Below are positions 9,602 through 19,179 of a stretch of 64,000 nt of DNA, one piece after another. This DNA is from an uncultured Eggerthellaceae bacterium (GTDB lineage Bacteria > Actinomycetota > Coriobacteriia > Coriobacteriales > Eggerthellaceae), in the NCBI GenBank assembly GCA_964649145.1, contig CAZYOQ010000003.1, positions 13,492 to 77,491 of the forward strand. The letters are read 5' to 3'. The notes beneath the pieces are model-generated. The model saw only the letters and a program-made list of their open reading frames with translations. It was not told where the DNA came from and made no database searches. Numbering within the stretch: the stretch's first letter is position 1; every line of letters begins with the position of its first letter. The position numbers were made by a program, and so were the translations under genes.

Positions 9602-10275
9602 TAAAGCTCTCGCATATAAATAAGTCATACCAAATAGGCGAGGAAGAGCTTCACGTGCTCAAAGATGTGAACTTACACGTCTTGCCGCACGAGTTTCTCT
9701 CGATTCTAGGACCTTCGGGTAGTGGGAAATCTACTTTAATGAACATTATCGGATGCTTAGACGTTCCCGATAGCGGCGACTATATTCTAGATGGGGAATA
9801 CGTCAAAGATTGCACCGATGATGAACTTAGCATGATTCGCGGCTCGAAGATCGGCTTTGTTTTCCAGCAATTCAATTTGTTATCAGACTTGACGGCTTAC
9901 GAAAATGTCGAGACCCCGCTTCTCTATCACAAGGTTTCTTCCGAAGAGAGGCGCGCGCGTGTTATAGAAAAGCTTGAACAAGTTGGCTTGGCCGACCGAA
10001 TGAACCATAAACCCTCACAGCTATCTGGCGGCCAACAACAGCGTGTAGCCATTGCCAGAGCCCTTGTAAGCGATCCTTCCATAATCTTGGCAGACGAGCC
10101 AACCGGAAATCTAGATTCTGCATCTGGCCGGGAAATTATGGGCATTCTTAAAGGGCTTTGGAGCCAAGGTCACACAATAGTTCTAATTACCCACGACTCT
10201 GATGTTGCCAATAACGCGCAGCGTAAAGTTTATGTGCATGACGGTGTTCTCAGCGAAGATGGGAGCAGGTCATGA
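9598..10275 (+). CDS. MacB/LolD-type ABC transporter ATP-binding protein
   Basis: Walker [10 protein letters not shown], signature [15 protein letters not shown] and Walker B ILADEPT. An ATGA overlap joins it to the upstream gene. Confidence 0.92.
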   Translation: MIKLSHINKSYQIGEEELHVLKDVNLHVLPHEFLSILGPSGSGKSTLMNIIGCLDVPDSGDYILDGEYVKDCTDDELSMIRGSKIGFVFQQFNLLSDLTAYENVETPLLYHKVSSEERRARVIEKLEQVGLADRMNHKPSQLSGGQQQRVAIARALVSDPSIILADEPTGNLDSASGREIMGILKGLWSQGHTIVLITHDSDVANNAQRKVYVHDGVLSEDGSRS

Positions 10276-11432
10276 TAGGCAAGATACTTCAACTTGCGGT
10301 GAAGTCGATTGGCAACAACAAGATGCGTTCGTTTCTAACCATGCTTGGAATCATAATCGGCGTTATGGCTGTTGTTATTTTGGTTTCTATCACGCAAGGT
10401 GCGTCAAAGGGAATTACCGATAGCATTTCTGAAATGGGTGCAAACAGGATTTTGGCAACCGTAACCGACGAGGATGTGACTATATCTCTAGAAGATGTCG
10501 AAGAGATCGATTCGTATCCATCCATTAGCGCTGTGGCACCCATCATTTCCACAAGCCAAACCGTTCGAAAAGATGGCGAGGCTGGATCCTATTCGATAGT
10601 TGGAATAACACCTGACTACTTCGAAGTTCAAGGCATCAGCGTGCAAAAGGGAAGGGAGATCGTGCCTTCCGATAACGATTCGACCACTTCTGTATGTGTG
10701 CTTGGAACAGAAGTGGCTACCGATATGTTTGGAACATGGGATGCAGTGGGAGGAACCATCGTTATTGGAAGCGGCGTCTATACAGTAGTAGGCGTGCTTG
10801 CAGAACAGGGGTCAAGTCTGCTTGGGTCTGAGGACAGCAAGATACTTATCCCCTTTGCTACTGCTGCAGTTATCACAGGCGAGGCCGGTGTAAGCAGCTT
10901 CTATGTTTCGGCAGCTAGCGACGAGATGGTTACCCCTGCGATGAACACCGTCAATTCGTTTTTGTTGCGTCAGACGCGTGATGAAGATGCGTATACCGTG
11001 AGCAATCAGTCTGAGGTGCTTGATACGATGGACGACGTAACAAACACTATGTCGCTTCTGCTTGCAGGTATCGCTGCAATATCGTTGATCGTTGGCGGGA
11101 TAGGCATTATGAATATCATGCTTGTATCTGTTACTGAAAGAACTCGCGAGATAGGCATACGCAAGGCTATAGGCGCGAAACGCAAGCATATACTGCTTCA
11201 ATTTTTAAGCGAGTCATGTATCTTGTCGGTTATGGGTGGAGTTATAGGGCTTGTTTTGTCGATGCTTGCTATCGAGATTTACAACATTGCTACATCCTCT
11301 TCAGTTTCCATGAATTTCTTGATAGCTCTTGGAGCCATATTATTCTGCGCGGTCATAGGGGTTTTGTTTGGTAGCTATCCGGCAGCAAAGGCTTCTCGTT
11401 TGCAGCCAATCGATGCACTAAGGACGGCATGA
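10272..11432 (+). CDS. ABC transporter permease (FtsX/MacB type)
   Basis: MacB periplasmic domain plus a C-terminal FtsX 4-TM region (RTREIGIRKAIGAKR). ATGA overlaps occur on both sides. Confidence 0.9.
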   Translation: MIGKILQLAVKSIGNNKMRSFLTMLGIIIGVMAVVILVSITQGASKGITDSISEMGANRILATVTDEDVTISLEDVEEIDSYPSISAVAPIISTSQTVRKDGEAGSYSIVGITPDYFEVQGISVQKGREIVPSDNDSTTSVCVLGTEVATDMFGTWDAVGGTIVIGSGVYTVVGVLAEQGSSLLGSEDSKILIPFATAAVITGEAGVSSFYVSAASDEMVTPAMNTVNSFLLRQTRDEDAYTVSNQSEVLDTMDDVTNTMSLLLAGIAAISLIVGGIGIMNIMLVSVTERTREIGIRKAIGAKRKHILLQFLSESCILSVMGGVIGLVLSMLAIEIYNIATSSSVSMNFLIALGAILFCAVIGVLFGSYPAAKASRLQPIDALRTA

Positions 11433-12598
11433 TGAAGAAGAAATGGAGCATGAAATACAAGCTGGGCTTAGTTGCTTGCATCGCTGTTATTGTTGTTCTT
11501 GCGGCTTTTGTTGTGATGCCGCGCCTTTTAGTGAAAGATACCTCTACAAATGTCGCTACGGTCTATAGTGTAGACCAGGTTTCATACGGCTCAGTTTCTA
11601 GGTCGATATCGGGAAGCGGCAATTTGGAAGCTCGCACCCAAAGCACGCTTAGCGCTGATGAAGACTGCGAAGTCACGAAGGTTAAGAAGTCTTCAGGGGA
11701 GGTTGTTTCTTCTGGTGACGTGATAGCTGTTCTTACTAATGACGATGGCGATACAGAAAAAATAACTGCGCCATTCGACGGCGTCATAACAGAGCTTTAT
11801 GTAAAGAAGGGCGACGATGTATCGGCGGATGGTGAAGTCGCACAGGTCATGGCAAAAAGCGGCTATGACATGGAAATTTCCATTAACGAATCAGATATCG
11901 GGCTCGTTTCAATTGGTCAGACGGTGCTGTTCGATATTGATTCTGTGAAAGATGAATACGAGGGAAGCGTTACCGAAATTTCTTATGATGCGACAACGGA
12001 TGGCGGGGCAACTGTTTTCAGTGCTGTTGTTACCGTAGGCTACATTGAAGGTGTATACCCAGGAATGAACGCGACAGCCGAGATTACTGTCGATAAGAGC
12101 GCAGAAGGGCTAACGGTACCGGTAAGCGCGGTTTGCTACGACGATGACGACGAGACTTTCGTCTATCTTGCACCGGACGGTGCTTCTTTGGCTCTTGAGT
12201 TTACCTCCGATGAATTGAACTTAGAAGAATGCACGAAAGTGCCCGTAACAGCAGGTATTTCGAATGGCATGACCATATCTGTTACAAGCGACGAGCTTGG
12301 CGAGGGAGACCTAATTCTTGTTATCACCGCTATATCAGATGCCACCGAATCTGAAAGCGAAGATGAGGACGATGAGTCCATGACCATGGGTGGCATGGGA
12401 GCTATGGGCGCAACGGGTCGCGAAGACTTAGGGTCGGGAGGAGATCGCGACTCTGGGCAGCGATCTGACTTTAACCAAGGCGGTTCTAATTCTTCAGGTG
12501 GCGCTGTCCCTAGTGGAAGCGCCCCAAGCGGAAGCGGCTCTGGTGGCAGTGCTACAGGTGGCAGCGCCTCTGGCTCCACTTCCTCACAAGGTTCTTAA
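11429..12598 (+). CDS. HlyD/MacA-type adaptor protein 2 (paralog of 8468..9601)
   Basis: It is collinear with adaptor 1 and clearly similar (for example APFDGVITELYVKKGDDV and YPGMNATAEITV). It has a Gly/Ser-rich C-terminal tail. Confidence 0.8.
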   Translation: MMKKKWSMKYKLGLVACIAVIVVLAAFVVMPRLLVKDTSTNVATVYSVDQVSYGSVSRSISGSGNLEARTQSTLSADEDCEVTKVKKSSGEVVSSGDVIAVLTNDDGDTEKITAPFDGVITELYVKKGDDVSADGEVAQVMAKSGYDMEISINESDIGLVSIGQTVLFDIDSVKDEYEGSVTEISYDATTDGGATVFSAVVTVGYIEGVYPGMNATAEITVDKSAEGLTVPVSAVCYDDDDETFVYLAPDGASLALEFTSDELNLEECTKVPVTAGISNGMTISVTSDELGEGDLILVITAISDATESESEDEDDESMTMGGMGAMGATGREDLGSGGDRDSGQRSDFNQGGSNSSGGAVPSGSAPSGSGSGGSATGGSASGSTSSQGS

Positions 12599-12636
12599 GC
12601 TGCGAGTGTACGGATAAATTGAAGGTAGGGAAACTT

Positions 12637-13725
12637 ATGCTCGTTAAACATAAAAGGTTGCATATACCTAAGAAGCTCACTCGCAGCATTTTCGCGATAT
12701 GCATGATGGCGCTCCTAGCTTTTCCGACTAGTCTTTTGTTTTTGGACTGTGAAAAAGCCGAAGCCGAAGAGCAGATTACAGTTGAGTGCGAAAGCGTTTA
12801 CGATGGGCAGTCACATGGAATCACTATCACTGGTCTTTCACAAGGCTATGTCGTCACATATCAGCTAAAAGACAGCGATGAGTGGCTGGATGAGTCGCCT
12901 GTTGTAACGAATGTTTCTGACGCTTCAAAAGAAGTGCTCGTTAAGGTAACAAACACTTATGAGCAAGAGGTTTTCTCTAGCTGGGTTACTTTGAAGATAA
13001 TTTCTCGCCCTGTGACTATTACAGTCGACGATGCTAAGGTTTCGATGGGCGAGCAGAACCCGACCTATACAGGCTCGATAACGAAAGGCTCGTTGGTAAA
13101 AGAAGACGACCTTGGAAAAATCGAGTACTCTTCTTCTGTAAACACTAACAATATAGGTGTTTACAAGGATGCTTTGTACGCTTCATATACTGAGAACAGC
13201 AACTATGATGTCACGGTTAAAAAGGGAACTTTGAGCGTTGTTGCTGGAAGCGTTTCTGGCTCTTCCACAAAAGGTGGCTCTCAAGGCTCTTCGGGCTCTT
13301 CGGGTGCATCCGGTTCTGCGAGTTCTTCAGGGTTTTTAGGCACATCAGGATCTCAGAACCTCACTGGTTCCGGGAACTCGAATATGGGCTCTATGTCTAA
13401 TGGTTCATCTGCGACGAACTCGAAATCCTCAGAAGGTGCAACTGCTACTTCGACGCTTGCTGGTAGCTCGGCAGGCACGAGCGACTCTGCGGTTCTTGGC
13501 GATGCTCAAGAAACTGGAACCATCACAAAAGCTTCAACACCGCTTGCCGCTAGTGTTGCTAGCAGCACTTCAACCATTCCTGTTAAGTATGGCGAAACGA
13601 TTCAGCTTAATTCTTCGAATGCCGAAGATGCGCTAGATATTACGTTTTGGCTTGCATGCGCAGGTATTCTTCTTGCGGCTATCATCTGTGTTGTCATAAT
13701 CGTAAAGATTCGTTCTGCTCGATAA
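12637..13725 (+). CDS. MBG-domain cell-surface protein with Ser/Gly-rich stalk and C-terminal TM anchor
   Basis: The ORF runs 12619..13725, and an ATG at 12637 is the likely start. It has a signal-like TM segment and an MBG-type segment (RPVTITVDDAKVSMGEQNPTYTGS...NYDVTVKKGTLSV). The C-terminus is hydrophobic followed by KIRSAR. Confidence 0.65.
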   Translation: MLVKHKRLHIPKKLTRSIFAICMMALLAFPTSLLFLDCEKAEAEEQITVECESVYDGQSHGITITGLSQGYVVTYQLKDSDEWLDESPVVTNVSDASKEVLVKVTNTYEQEVFSSWVTLKIISRPVTITVDDAKVSMGEQNPTYTGSITKGSLVKEDDLGKIEYSSSVNTNNIGVYKDALYASYTENSNYDVTVKKGTLSVVAGSVSGSSTKGGSQGSSGSSGASGSASSSGFLGTSGSQNLTGSGNSNMGSMSNGSSATNSKSSEGATATSTLAGSSAGTSDSAVLGDAQETGTITKASTPLAASVASSTSTIPVKYGETIQLNSSNAEDALDITFWLACAGILLAAIICVVIIVKIRSAR

Positions 13726-13733
13726 CGAGGCGC

Positions 13734-13767
13734 CAGGAATAGCTTATTGACAGGAATAGCTTCTTGA
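13734..13767. repeat. 17-nt tandem duplication (x2)
   Basis: CAGGAATAGCTTATTGA followed by CAGGAATAGCTTCTTGA (1 mismatch), in the convergent intergenic region. Confidence 0.7.
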
Positions 13768-13847
13768 TATTGGATCAATTAGCCTCTTCTCAAAATGAGT
13801 CAGTGCGGTTTTGAATACGCAGTTGAGAAGGCACCCAATGGCGCCAT

Positions 13848-14825
13848 CTAAGTATTATTTTGAACCAATGCTTTAATAAGGCGAACGTGTGCGTCGGAGT
13901 CGTTAAGGCAAGGCACGTAAATCATTTCGGTGTCTTGTAGTGCAGGATTGATAGTGGAACATTCTTGCCGCAGCGTAAGTTCTATGTCGTAGAGAGTCTC
14001 AAGACAATCAATCGAAAAATTCGGGGCAACCACAAAAAGTCGGCCTTCAGGTTTTTTGAGGTTCGAAACTATCTTTCTTGTTGAAGGGCCTAGCCATTTG
14101 CGGCTTTTGTCGAAACGGCATTGAAACCCAATTGCCCACAAATCTTTACGTACGTTTAGTTTTTCAGCGATGGCTGTAGCACTTTCAAAAACCTGGTTTG
14201 CATAAGTGTCGCCAGAGTCAATATCTTTCATTGGTATGGAATGAAATGCCATCAAAAGGAAGTCTTTTTCGGCATCGAAACCCACGTCTTCAACGCTTTT
14301 TGCAATAGCGTCTCTGTATTCTTTGCGCTGTGAGTAGTGAGGGATAAAAGTAAGGTCTGGCTTCCATTGAAGGTCTTTTAGGGTTTGGCAAGTTTTGTCC
14401 TCTACCACCTTCATGGTGGAATAAGCGCTTTGCGGGTATAAGGAAACTACAGTTAAATGCTTGCAGCCTTGCTCTTCAAGTTTCAAAAAGGCATCGCGAA
14501 GGGATGGGCTTCCATAGCTCATGGCGTGAAGTACAAGCGTGCTATCGTTTTCTTCTTCAAGCGATTCTTGTACTTTTTTTGCAAGAGATTCCATTTTGAC
14601 GTTTAGCGGCGAGCCGTTTTTTGTCCAGATGCGCTTATATTTCTCGGCGGATTTCTTGGATCTATTAGGAAGAATGAATGCCTTCAATATCAAGTTCCAG
14701 AAAAGCGGGTTCATTGGTCTAATTCTAGGATCGCTTAGAAAATCGGCCAAATATGATTTAACAGCTTCGGGCTTTGGGGCATCAGGACTGCCGGTGTTGG
14801 CTATGACGATGCCTCTATTTGTCAT
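13848..14825 (-). CDS. hemH: ferrochelatase
   Basis: N-terminus GIVIANTGSPDAPKPEAVKSYLADFLSDPRIRP, followed by YKRIWTKNGSPL, is typical of the family. An AAGAGGG SD lies upstream. Confidence 0.82.
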   Translation of the reverse strand: MTNRGIVIANTGSPDAPKPEAVKSYLADFLSDPRIRPMNPLFWNLILKAFILPNRSKKSAEKYKRIWTKNGSPLNVKMESLAKKVQESLEEENDSTLVLHAMSYGSPSLRDAFLKLEEQGCKHLTVVSLYPQSAYSTMKVVEDKTCQTLKDLQWKPDLTFIPHYSQRKEYRDAIAKSVEDVGFDAEKDFLLMAFHSIPMKDIDSGDTYANQVFESATAIAEKLNVRKDLWAIGFQCRFDKSRKWLGPSTRKIVSNLKKPEGRLFVVAPNFSIDCLETLYDIELTLRQECSTINPALQDTEMIYVPCLNDSDAHVRLIKALVQNNT

Positions 14826-14956
14826 GAACCCTCTTTCAACTGAACCTGTTCATATGATTTCAAAGTGCATCACATTATAAAGTGTTCAGAAAATATAAAG
14901 CATGCCAAGAATTTAGAGCGTGCAGAGAAATCAGATCCTTTTAGCTTTTTCGCCTC

Positions 14957-17293
14957 TTATTTGAAGCGCTTCAAAAGTAGCGAGTTGCTTACTACGCTCA
15001 CGCTTGAAAGAGCCATGGCAGCCCCTGCAAGAGCGGGCGCCAAGATGCCAACGGCGGCAAGAGGGATCATTATGCAGTTATAAATAAGTGCCCAAAACAG
15101 GTTCTGCTTTATCTTGCGCATCGTGGCCTTAGAAAGCCGCAATGCAGTGACAAGGTCTTCTAAGTTGTTTCGCATAAGAACAACAGAACCCGCATCCAGC
15201 GCTACATCGGTTCCAGACGCCATTGCAACTCCGATATCTGCCGCTGCAAGAGCCGGGGCATCGTTTATGCCGTCTCCTATGAATGCGGTTGCGGCGTTTG
15301 CATGCGAGTCTTTTGTAGCTTTGTTCTGCTCTTTGGCATTTGTCTTCTCGCGTACTTTGGTCACGATCTTGGCTTTTTCGATGGGTTTGATGCCTGCGTA
15401 AACTTGGGTTTCAGGAATGCCTAGCTCTGCGGCCACTTCAAGGGCTGTTGCGCGTGAATCGCCCGTGACCATGTAAGAGGAGATATCATCTTCAGCTAAC
15501 TTATACAACACATCTCTGGCGTTTTCTCTGGGCTCATCGCGAAAACTTATGCTGCCAACTTTCATTTCGTCAACTTCTATCACGGAGCCACAAATATCAA
15601 TTCCGCCCTTATCTGCTTGGGTTTGGGTTCCGACGAACACTTCATGCCCACTGACTACACCCCTCACACCGATACCCGGGACAGCCTCAAATTCGTCAAC
15701 TGGATCTAACCCATTTTGCAAGGCTCCCTGTTTTTCAGCATATTGAACAACGGCGCGTGCAAGGGGGTGTTCGCTTTTGGCTTCAATCGATGCGGCTAAG
15801 CGAAGGTTTTCTTCTGACAAGTTGCAGCTTACTACTTGCGGTTTGCCTTGTGTGAGCGTGCCCGTTTTGTCGAAGACTGCGGCTTGTAGCTTGCATATGC
15901 GTTCAAGCACTTCACCATCTTTTATAAGAACTCCAAGCTGGGCACCTTTGCCCATGCCCACCATCAATGCAGTTGGGGTAGCAAGGCCAAGTGCACATGG
16001 GCAGGCTACGCAGATTACCGCGATGGCGGGCATCAACGATTGCACAAGCAGCGTGTTTGCTTCGGCTGGCGGCACAAAGAAGAACCACACGCAGAAGGTT
16101 ACAAGTGCAATGAGTAGAATTACTGGAACGAATATAGAGGCAATTTTGTCGGCTATGCGCTGAACAGGGGCTTTAGAGCCCTGAGCGTCTTCTACTGCGC
16201 GAACGATACGAGCTAAAGTGGAATCGGCACCGACGTTCATAGCGCGAACCGTAATGGAACCGTTGGTGTTAAGGGTTCCGCCCGTTACAACATCATCCAC
16301 GCCTTTGGCAACAGGCAGCGCTTCGCCTGTTAGCATTGATTCGTCTACTTCTGTTGCACCTTCAACAATAATGCCATCAACAGGCATTTTCTCGCCTGGG
16401 CGTACGAGTACGATATCGCTTGTCATCACTTGCGCTAGCGGAATTTCTTTCTCCTCTCCGCCGCGAATGACGGTCGCATTTGGTGGGGTTAGGTTCATTA
16501 GAGCCTCAATTGCCTGGTTGGTTGCGCCCTTGGCACGAGCCTCCAAGATTTTTCCTAATAAGACGAAGGTAATTAGCATCGCGCATGTCTCGAAATACGG
16601 CATGCCATCGTTAATAGCCAGCGCAACTTCTGTATCAGACCAGTTGCTCGTGATAAGAGGAAGGAAGGCGATCCAAAGTGAGAATATAAATGCGATGGAT
16701 GTACCTAGTGCCACAAGTACATCCATGTTCGCGCTGCCGCTTTTAAGCGACCCCCATGCACCTTTATAGAATCGCGCGCCGCAGCCGAACTGCACTGGAA
16801 TGGTAAGTACCAACAAAAGCATATTGGATGCAAACATTGCCTGTATATGCATGGTTGCGTGGTTTGAAGCCAGCATATCTTCTGCGACCTTTGCACCTCC
16901 GCCGTTTATGAGGCTAAGTATCCATTCGCCGACGGTCATATGCCACCCCGGAATCATGCCTATACAAACAATGATCACGGTAAGAATGGCCGAAGTGGCG
17001 AACACCCGGATGTCGTGTTTGGCACGGGCTGCTTCTTTAGCACGCCTTCTCTCGTCTACCAGAGGAGCGTCTTCAGGGATGATCTCGGCGGTAAATGACA
17101 TGTCGTCAAATACATGAAGCATGTCATCAATCGTTGCGGCTTCTGGGTTAAACGTTACCTTGCCAGTGTTGTTGGCGAGATTTACCGACACGTCAATAAC
17201 ACTTGGCACGGCGCGGTAATGTTTTTCTATATTCGCGGCACAATTGGCACAGTGCATGCCGTCAATTGCTAGTCGTATAGTTTGTTCCATCAT
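14957..17293 (-). CDS. copA: copper-translocating P1B-type ATPase
   Basis: HMA domain [19 protein letters not shown] motif ([10 protein letters not shown]), DKTGTLT and GDGINDAP. The ORF extends to 17350, but the ATGATG at 17293 has an AAGGA SD. Confidence 0.9.
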   Translation of the reverse strand: MMEQTIRLAIDGMHCANCAANIEKHYRAVPSVIDVSVNLANNTGKVTFNPEAATIDDMLHVFDDMSFTAEIIPEDAPLVDERRRAKEAARAKHDIRVFATSAILTVIIVCIGMIPGWHMTVGEWILSLINGGGAKVAEDMLASNHATMHIQAMFASNMLLLVLTIPVQFGCGARFYKGAWGSLKSGSANMDVLVALGTSIAFIFSLWIAFLPLITSNWSDTEVALAINDGMPYFETCAMLITFVLLGKILEARAKGATNQAIEALMNLTPPNATVIRGGEEKEIPLAQVMTSDIVLVRPGEKMPVDGIIVEGATEVDESMLTGEALPVAKGVDDVVTGGTLNTNGSITVRAMNVGADSTLARIVRAVEDAQGSKAPVQRIADKIASIFVPVILLIALVTFCVWFFFVPPAEANTLLVQSLMPAIAVICVACPCALGLATPTALMVGMGKGAQLGVLIKDGEVLERICKLQAAVFDKTGTLTQGKPQVVSCNLSEENLRLAASIEAKSEHPLARAVVQYAEKQGALQNGLDPVDEFEAVPGIGVRGVVSGHEVFVGTQTQADKGGIDICGSVIEVDEMKVGSISFRDEPRENARDVLYKLAEDDISSYMVTGDSRATALEVAAELGIPETQVYAGIKPIEKAKIVTKVREKTNAKEQNKATKDSHANAATAFIGDGINDAPALAAADIGVAMASGTDVALDAGSVVLMRNNLEDLVTALRLSKATMRKIKQNLFWALIYNCIMIPLAAVGILAPALAGAAMALSSVSVVSNSLLLKRFK

Positions 17294-17379
17294 ATTTCCT
17301 TTTCTTGCCTGATACTTCTTTTGCGCATCGAATCTGCCAGCTTCGGCCACGTTGTGTCTTATTTGAGATTGTTTATCAT

Positions 17380-17682
17380 TCAGGAGAACCTTCCGACAAG
17401 ATCAACTACCTCATCGACGATCTCGGTATTTCCTGCTTGTACTTCTTCCACAACACAGGTGCGCATATGCTCACGAAGTACTATTTCGGAAACGCGCCGA
17501 ATTGCCTTTTCTGCAGCTGCAAGTTGTGTGAGAACATCGCCGCAATAACGATTGTCTTCAATCATGTCTTTAACACCGTTTAACTGCCCGATTGCACGAT
17601 TCAGGCGCGTTTGTACGTTGCGCTGAACCTCAAGTGAGCGCGGCGTGTTCTTTTGGCGGCAAGCACATTTCTTCTTTGCCAT
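17380..17682 (-). CDS. csoR: CsoR-family copper-sensing repressor
   Basis: 100 aa with [12 protein letters not shown] and C..H..C ligand spacing (YCGDVLTQ...EHMRTC). An AAGGAG SD lies upstream. Confidence 0.9.
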   Translation of the reverse strand: MAKKKCACRQKNTPRSLEVQRNVQTRLNRAIGQLNGVKDMIEDNRYCGDVLTQLAAAEKAIRRVSEIVLREHMRTCVVEEVQAGNTEIVDEVVDLVGRFS

Positions 17683-17803
17683 AATTGCTCCTTTGAAGTG
17701 GGAGAAAGGAAGCCATACAGTTTGGTTTTAGGCATTCGTGCTAGAAAAATGGCTAGCGTTTCCCCGTTTTGCACTACGTCTGTTTTTGCAAAACAGTGCC
17801 GCT

Positions 17804-17833
17804 ATTGTATACCCCCTGGGGGTATACTGACAA
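17804..17833 (-). promoter_or_regulatory. csoR-copA promoter with embedded CsoR operator
   Basis: On the minus strand: TTGTCA, an 18-nt spacer, then TACAAT. The spacer contains the perfect 21-bp palindrome GTATACCCCCTGGGGGTATAC (17807..17827), which resembles known GC-core CsoR operators. Confidence 0.75.
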
Positions 17834-17973
17834 GACATGATTCCCGCAGGCAAATAATTAGGAGCGGGAACAAATTCACGATGGTGGTTCGAGATATAGC
17901 CTTTGCATATGAGGGCTCTGATAAGACAGAAACTGGCTGTCAAGAAGATAGTATAGTGGCGATGGAGCCGAGA

Positions 17974-18075
17974 TTACGTTCCAAGCGCCACTATAAGAAA
18001 TATAAACAGCAGCAAACCTAAGCAAACCCCAAGGGCTACTTTGATTACGAAACTGCAGCCTCCACCGTTGGACAT
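17974..18075 (-). CDS. unannotated 33-aa hydrophobic micro-protein (smORF-A)
   Basis: Sequence MSNGGGCSFVIKVALGVCLGLLLFIFLIVALGT. The ATG lies 3 nt after the DUF4230 stop, and an AAGAGG SD sits inside the end of the upstream gene. It is a paralog of smORF-B. Confidence 0.45.
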   Translation of the reverse strand: MSNGGGCSFVIKVALGVCLGLLLFIFLIVALGT

Positions 18076-18078
18076 GAT

Positions 18079-18729
18079 TTAGGCCTCTTGGTTTTCGGTC
18101 TGTGAATTATCACTTCGCCAATCAAACTCTAGCTGATAGAAGTTGCCGAGCGCCGCATTAAACATGACACTAATGTTCTGTTCTGCATTCTGTCTAGCAT
18201 CGTCCATAATTCCGCCACTAACAACCTCAGCTTCGCTCTGTTCGATACATTTCTGCTCGAAGGCTGTCATGTCTTCTACATGAATTGGATTGAATATGTT
18301 GTTGCGTTCTTCTAAACATCCAGATTCTTCCATGTTTGGTGTGTTTGAAGATATATAAGGCTGATCCAAAGTAATCTTTATGGTGTTGCCATTTGTGTCG
18401 TATGATGCGTTTTCTAGATTCACGGCTACTTTGATGTTGCCGACATATCGATACCAGAAACTATTTTCAGTGAAAGGGATATCGAAGATATCGAAGAAAG
18501 AAGCCGAATCAGTTGCTTTTTCAGTGATGTTGTATCGTTGTGAGGCACATACTAGCTCGTTTTGCTCAACTATCCTCTCGAAAACCACAGAAGGAGTAGG
18601 TCCGCTGTTGTCATCTGGCGGGTTGAAATGAGAAACGAACAAAGTTCCAATAATTCCCGCGAGCAAACCTAAAACAGCGCATATCGCGCCAACCTTAAAT
18701 TTGCTTTTCAATGTTTTAGTCAACTTCAT
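18079..18729 (-). CDS. DUF4230-like membrane-anchored protein
   Basis: The ORF extends to 18750, and the ATG at 18729 follows GAAGGAAGG. It has one N-terminal TM segment. Its size and pattern (ELVCASQRYNI...YVGNIKVAVNL) resemble DUF4230. Confidence 0.6.
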   Translation of the reverse strand: MKLTKTLKSKFKVGAICAVLGLLAGIIGTLFVSHFNPPDDNSGPTPSVVFERIVEQNELVCASQRYNITEKATDSASFFDIFDIPFTENSFWYRYVGNIKVAVNLENASYDTNGNTIKITLDQPYISSNTPNMEESGCLEERNNIFNPIHVEDMTAFEQKCIEQSEAEVVSGGIMDDARQNAEQNISVMFNAALGNFYQLEFDWRSDNSQTENQEA

Positions 18730-18909
18730 CGACCTTCCTTCTTTCTTCATGCGTGAAGCATATTGAATGTAATGGCACCATAAATGAAGCCATTACATAA
18801 TACATGAATGCAGATTCGTTTTATTTTCTAGAGACATAAAGAAGTCCTAATAGGATTGGCTCTAATTCGAATTGTCTAGCTCTTGGTGCTTGCTATTACT
18901 TGCCCATGT

Positions 18910-18935
18910 ATGAGGCTTCATATATGAAGCCTCAT
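18910..18935. promoter_or_regulatory. perfect 26-bp palindrome, candidate operator of the XRE regulator
   Basis: ATGAGGCTTCATA|TATGAAGCCTCAT ends 28 nt upstream of the XRE ATG and overlaps a CATAAT -10-like hexamer. Confidence 0.5.
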
Positions 18936-18963
18936 AATTCTACAGTGCACATACCCTTTAAGC

Positions 18964-19179
18964 ATGGATATTGAGCAGAAAAGATGCGAGCTTGGAAACT
19001 CAATCAGACAGCGTCGAAAAGCGCAAGGGCTTTCGCAGGAGCGCCTTGCCATGATGGTGGGCTCAAGCAAGTCACACATCTGGCGAATTGAAACTGGGCG
19101 TGTTGGTGTTGGCATCGACGACCTTTCTCGTATCGCAGACGCGCTAGACACACAAGTGCGCTCACTGCTTACTTTCTAG
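18964..19179 (+). CDS. XRE-family HTH transcriptional regulator
   Basis: 71 aa with the HTH LSQERLAMMVGSSKSHIWRIETG. Confidence 0.8.
   Translation: MDIEQKRCELGNSIRQRRKAQGLSQERLAMMVGSSKSHIWRIETGRVGVGIDDLSRIADALDTQVRSLLTF

Noticed and set aside
17653-18021. 122-aa plus-strand ORF.
   Set aside because: It overlaps the csoR start, the CsoR operator/promoter and smORF-A in antisense. It has no SD or motifs.
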